Below, piece by piece: positions 35,541 through 40,256 of a stretch of 40,256 nt of DNA; position 1 is the stretch's first letter; every line of letters starts with the position of its first letter. Location of the stretch: assembly GCA_001179505.1 (NCBI GenBank), contig CDMY01000627.1, positions 1 to 40,256 of the forward strand, written 5' to 3'. The stretch comes from Vitrella brassicaformis CCMP3155. Lineage: Eukaryota; Protista; Chromerida. The notes below the pieces were generated by a model that worked only from the letters and a program-made list of their open reading frames with translations, ran no database searches and had not been told where the DNA came from. Both the position numbers and the translations under genes were made by a program.

Positions 35541-38500
35541 TCATCTCATCGACGGCTGGAACTGCACACACGCGCGCGCACACGCACACACGCGCATGAA
35601 CACGCATGGGCGGCTCGATCCCTCCCTTCCCCTCTCTCTCTCTCCCACCAGTGGCCGCTTCTTCGGACGCACCCGGACCTCCTGCTGCACACACACCACA
35701 CACACACGCGCCATATATCTGATATCACATTTCCACTGCAGGGAGGTAAGCAATACGCCGACCGGTTCTCGGTCCTCCTCCCGCTGTCGCCCCCGCTCCT
35801 CGCGAGCCTCCTCCCTGTTGCTGCTGGGCTGAAAGAACGACATGCCGCCCTGACGTGACACACACACCCACAGATATCGACCACAACACTCAACACACTG
35901 CCTGCAGTGATGATGCTCATGTGCATGTGTGTGGTTGGTCACCTTGTGGTTCTCCTTGACGAACACCTTGTACTCGAACCTCTGCACACACACACACACA
36001 CACACTTGGGTCTCGTGTTTCGTGGATGCGTGTGTGGGTGTCTGTCTGGTGTGTGTCTCATGTGGCTGGCTGGCTGGCTGGCTGACCATTTTCTGGGACT
36101 GTCTGTTGCTGTCGTTGTTCGAAGCGTTACTGGCCCCTCCCCCCTGCTGCTGTGAGATGCCGTGCTCCGCCTCGTACTCGGCTCGCTTATGGGGGGGCAG
36201 CTGAGCCAACGACTGATGTGTGGAGACATACACGACCGAGACATAGAGACGCTCACGGCTGCGTATGCCGGTCTGTCTGTTTTGTTTGTGGGTCAGCCGG
36301 CTTGCCTTCTTGAAGATCTTGAAGTTGATGAGGCCCTTGGCACTACCACTACCACCAGCAGGCGCTGCGGCAGCAGCAGCAGCGGCTGCTGCTGCAGCTG
36401 GCGCAGGAGACCCCTGACACACACACACAAACACAAACACACACACACGCACACGCACACACGCACACGCACACGCACACGCACACGCACACGCACACAA
36501 AGGTGGTCATCCATTAGGACTCCCCTGTGAGCCCGCATATACCTGTTGCTGCTGGTCCCGTTTGTCGTCCTTGACTTTGATGTCGTCCGAGGCCACCACG
36601 GCAGCACGATGCACAACCACACCCTCACCACTGAAGACGGCACACGGCCATAGTTGTGTGTGTGTGTGTGTGTGTGCAGGAGGCTGGGGATTGGCTCACA
36701 CACACACACACACACACGTACATCTGAATGGCGCCAGCAGCGAAGGCCTCCTTCCGCTCTTCAGGCTTGACGCGATACTCCTTGCGGTTGACCCACGCGC
36801 CCCGCTCCACCACCCTGGTCTCCTTCTTGGCCTCAACCACAGCCACGATCTTCTCATCCACACGACCCCTCCTGCACAACACACAACACCCACACACACA
36901 GGTGAAATTGAGAGCCATCCCGTATCTTCCCGCCGTTTGTTTTCTCTTCGGTCGCTCACTTGGTGTTGCGATTGGCCCCCGGCTCGTCTACCTCCATGGC
37001 CCTCTCCGCCGCCCGGTCCTTGGCCTCCTTCTCCTTCTTGGTCTCCTTGCGAGGCCCTGCAGCAGCGGCAGCCGCTGCCACTCCAGCAGCGCTCCGATCT
37101 CTGGGCGGCGCCCGGCCGGCCTTGGCTGTGGCCTTGGGGGCCGGTGGGGGACGGTCCTCGTCGTCTTGCTCATCTTGCGGCTGCGCGTCATCCTTCGGTG
37201 CATCCTGCGTGGGGTGGGTGCATGGAAGCATGTGTGTGTCTGTCTGTATGCCCTCCTGTGTGTCTGTGGGTGTGTCTGTTGTCACCGACCTCCATGAGCT
37301 CGTCGTCCACCTCCTTGTCGGGCGTCTTGCCGTCCTCCTTCTTGCGCCGCTTGGCCGGCTCCCCCTTCTGCTTGGCGTTGGTGAAGGTCGCAGGCAGCAC
37401 CCTTTTCCGCTTGGGGGCCGCCGCTGATGCCGACGATGCCTGGGACGCCTGGGATGCCCCAGGGGGCGCTGCTGCTGCTGCTGCTGCTGCTGCGGGCGGT
37501 GGTGCTGGTGCTGGTGCTGCGGCGGGTGAGTGGCTCTCCTGTCTGTTCTCGGCCTCGGCCTCTTCCACTACCTCCATGTGTGCGCCTGCGCCGCTGGCCT
37601 GTCTGCTGATGGCCTTGGTCACTGTGTGTGCGGTGGGGGCCGTGTCGAGCTCTGCAGCGTCGCCCTTGAGGACGCACTGGCCCAGCACCTTGTGGTCCAC
37701 CGTGGCAATCGACACGGAGATGTTGAGGGCGTCGCGTGAGCCTGTCAGCAAGGCGTCCTTGACCGAGGCCGAAGCAATCGCCCGCTCGAGTGAGGCGCCG
37801 AGGTCTGATGCAGATACGGCCTCCGCAGCGTCGCCGGCCGTCTGCATGCTGGCCGACTGGCTCTCCTGCTGCAGGGAGCTGGCGCTGCCCCCAGCCCCGC
37901 CCGCCGCACCCCCCACCAGCAGCACACGGCACGAGACATCCCTCTCGCCAGCCGACGGCAGTTGCTGCATCTCTTTCTGCAGCAGGGAGGCCAGCTGGCC
38001 CGTCAGGGCGTCGGCGTCATTGGGCGTCAGCACCGCGCCGCCCCCGGCCGGCACGCACCCGGCGAAGTAGTGGGCGATCTTGGTGCTGGCGAAGACGACC
38101 GTCTTGCCGGCGAAGAGGCGGCCCTTCCGCTGCTTGTGGTCAGGTCGGGTGACGTACTCCTTGAGCATGGCTGTCTGGATGTTGTTGGCCTGGTCGAGGC
38201 CAGAGGGGCGGTAGGTGGCTGCGGAGGGGTCGGGGAGCGAGCTGACGAGCCGGTTTGGCGACTCTGCGAGGGCCTTGAGGAAGGCGTGGTTGAGGACGGG
38301 CTTGTTCAGGGCCATGCACAGCAAGAGCTTCGGCGTCACCTTAATGCGATCCTGAGGGAGGGATCCCATCGCACACCACACCACACCAAAACAGACACAG
38401 ACGTTTCTCTCTCTCTCTCTCTCTCTGACACACAAACACACACTGCATGTCTCTGCACCTACCTGGAGAAGGCAGTAGTGCGATTCGGCCATGGCACACG

Positions 38501-38963
38501 ACGCCAGGTACATCCCGCCCTGCTGCGCCAGCTTGACCAGGCTCTCCTCAGGCGCAGCCGCGCTCCTCGTGGCCAGCACCAGCGGCTCGAACCGCACCAC
38601 AAAGCTGGTCTTGCTCGCATTCAACCCGTCACCGAACCGCACACGATCTCCGCTGTTCAGCGGCACCTCCTGGCCGTGCACCTTCTTCTCCTCCGACTCT
38701 TCCGCCCCGTCCGACGTCACAAATGTGCCAAGAGAGGAGGTGTCCTCGAGCACCAGCTTCGGCGGCTCGACTTGCTGCGTCTGTGTCTTGATCTCGATGC
38801 TGGTGCGGCTGGGCTGGGAGATCTTGAGCTTGGCGTGGCTGCGCGAGACGGACTTCTCGCTCTCTATGTTGAGGTGGCAGTTCTTGCGGCCGACGGTGAC
38901 GGTGCCGGGGAGGAGGAAGTAGCTCACCGGCGGGTCCGTGGTGGACGTCAGGCGCCAGCTCAT
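35541..38963 (-). CDS. NBS1: Nibrin/NBS1 (FHA-BRCT-BRCT plus Mre11-binding motif); 3' end uncertain
   Basis: MSWRL...YFLLPGTVTVGRKNCHLNIESEKSVSRSHAKL...LEDTSSLGTFV...SGDRVRFG...FEPLVL...|DRIKVTPKLLLCMALNKPVL parallels the human NBS1 N-terminus (VGRKNC, SISRNHA, KYGTFV, SGDGITFG, YEPLV, VKVTIKT). The C-terminal NFKIFKK matches the Mre11-binding motif NFKKFKK. Phasing of the last exons is ambiguous. Confidence 0.9.
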
Positions 38964-39557
38964 GACGATGGCTGGAAAGGTGGGATGCGGCTGATCTGGC
39001 TCTCTACGAAGCTACCGAACCAAGAGAACAAGGCGGTTCGCCGGAAGGTATGAAGCTCGCAGCCTCGCTTGCGCTGTTTGGTGTGCGCTGTGGACAAGAA
39101 GATGCCTGGTTGCCGGAAGGTAGCGCCGGGCTTAGGGCCAGGTGTCTCGTCAAACCCTTAACCGACCGACCGACCGGTGACTCACGTCACAGATGAGGAG
39201 AGTAGCGTAGCGTAAGGAACTCCCCACTCTCAGGTGAAAAGCAGGGGAAAGGAACTTTCTGAAGACACACGCCCACACTGCTACATGAAGAACGGATGAA
39301 TCATCCCTCTTGCTCTTCCTGCAATGCACTTGCGCGTGTCTGTCCTTTGCTGTTGCGTCGTGCAGCCGTCGAAGGTCGGTGTCGGTGAGCCCTTCCTGAA
39401 TCGACTTCAACAAACCAGGGCCCTTCAGACGGTCAGCCACAAAGCCGCCGCCAACCAAGGAGGATGAAACCCGTTTGTCTGTCTGTGTGTCTGTCTGTCT
39501 CTCTGTCTGTATGTGTGTCTTCTAATGCAGTCTGTATCTGAAAAACTACCGCTACCC

Positions 39558-40256
39558 ATGGGATCCTACTGCAGTTGCTGTCCCTCGACCCCCCGACCAT
39601 TGGCCCGTCGCGCCACGTCGCTTCGCTTTTTGACGAGAGCGGAGAGCGCCCGTCCGCATGTGGACGCTTTACGGCTGTCCGCCTGTCTTCTGATAAGCAC
39701 CCCCACTTCGCTGCTGCCGCGGAGACGCTGGCTCGCGCCTTTTGCGGCAGCGAGAAGACCAACCCGGACCCAGCGACAGGGTGGGTATACAGCGGAACGT
39801 GTGATTCCCTGTTGGCTCCCCTTCCCGGCCCGCCGTCGGAGAAGCGTTTGCAGTGGTTCCGCTGGCTCACTAAGATGGCCATGCACTGGGCTCTGCAGAG
39901 AGGCGGTGCCTATGCGCTGCTGGACCGGGCGGAACGAGTCGTCGTCGCCGTCACTCTTGTGAGTCCGCCGGGTGCGCCCTCGGTCGATGAGCTCGGGTTC
40001 TGTGGGGAGCTGGGTCTCATTTGCAAGGCCGGGCTTCCGCCGTTTTCGACGGATAGCGAGCGTACGGGAGCGGAGTTCGGCAGTTGTATGGATCGCATGC
40101 GGACATTGGAGACGACGCTGGTCAAGGCGCACAAGGAACTAGAGGCGGAAGCGGCAGGGTCTGGCAAGACTGGCGACCTTCACGTCGCCATGGTGGCCGC
40201 CGACCCACAGAGGCAGGGACAAGGCGTCGGCTCCGCTCTGCTCCAGCTCGTCTCGG
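39558..40256 (+). CDS. GNAT-family N-acetyltransferase, partial (runs off window; 5' end unresolved)
   Basis: The frame open from 39542 to the end reads AETLARAF...WFRWLTKMAMHWALQRGGAYALLD...VAVTLVSPPG...LHVAMVAADPQRQGQGVGSALL (GNAT motif A). It is absent from the ORF track because it has no stop. No in-frame ATG precedes the domain. Confidence 0.78.

Noticed and set aside
37962-39053. 363-aa plus-strand ORF
   Set aside because: Antisense shadow of the GC-rich NBS1 coding exons, with no recognisable domain.
38968-39630. Possible selenoprotein frames (MAGKVGCG-TGA; SPS-TGA-IDFNKPGPFRR|LYLKNYRYPWDP)
   Set aside because: No similarity to a selenoprotein family I recognise and no identifiable SECIS. 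The region is better explained as promoter or 5' UTR of the NBS1/GNAT pair.
1-40256. Many ORFs rich in CV/TH/RQTD/DGWM repeats, and X-containing ORFs
   Set aside because: They are translations of intronic (GT)n, (CA)n, (GACA)n and (ATCC)n microsatellites or read-through of N gaps, not proteins.
1-40256. tRNA, rRNA, spliced-leader or telomeric repeat sequences
   Set aside because: No cloverleaf, rRNA-like tract, dinoflagellate SL 22-mer or telomere array was recognised by eye. A covariance-model scan would be needed to exclude small RNAs.

Overview
Eukaryotic, GC-rich, intron-dense genomic DNA with introns full of (CA)n/(GT)n, (GACA)n and (ATCC)n repeats. This style, plus a plastid-targeted gene, suggests the chromerid alga Vitrella brassicaformis or a close relative (inference). 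The raw ORF track is mostly microsatellite noise, so genes were rebuilt by hand from splice sites. Spliced genes: C1GALT1-like GT31 galactosyltransferase (-), coiled-coil hypothetical (+), pepsin-family aspartic protease (-), RPS3 (+), two tandem pRiA4b-ORF3/IS1096-TnpR-like genes (+), two tandem F-box/C4-zinc genes (-, one frameshifted), ANKZF1/Vms1 (+), plastid LSMT-like SET methyltransferase (-), EAF6 (+), NBS1 (-) and a GNAT acetyltransferase cut by the window end (+). The conserved genes sit in five head-to-head pairs. An accessory region (about 15-25 kb, plus an inverted copy at 1-1.9 kb) is built from a repeat family with micro-exon-like splice architecture. It carries six copies of an invariant dyad, CGAGAG-N9-CTCTCG, and hosts the bacterial-type pRiA4b ORF3 genes. 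Seven placeholder gaps of exactly 300 N limit certainty, two of them inside the tandem array.
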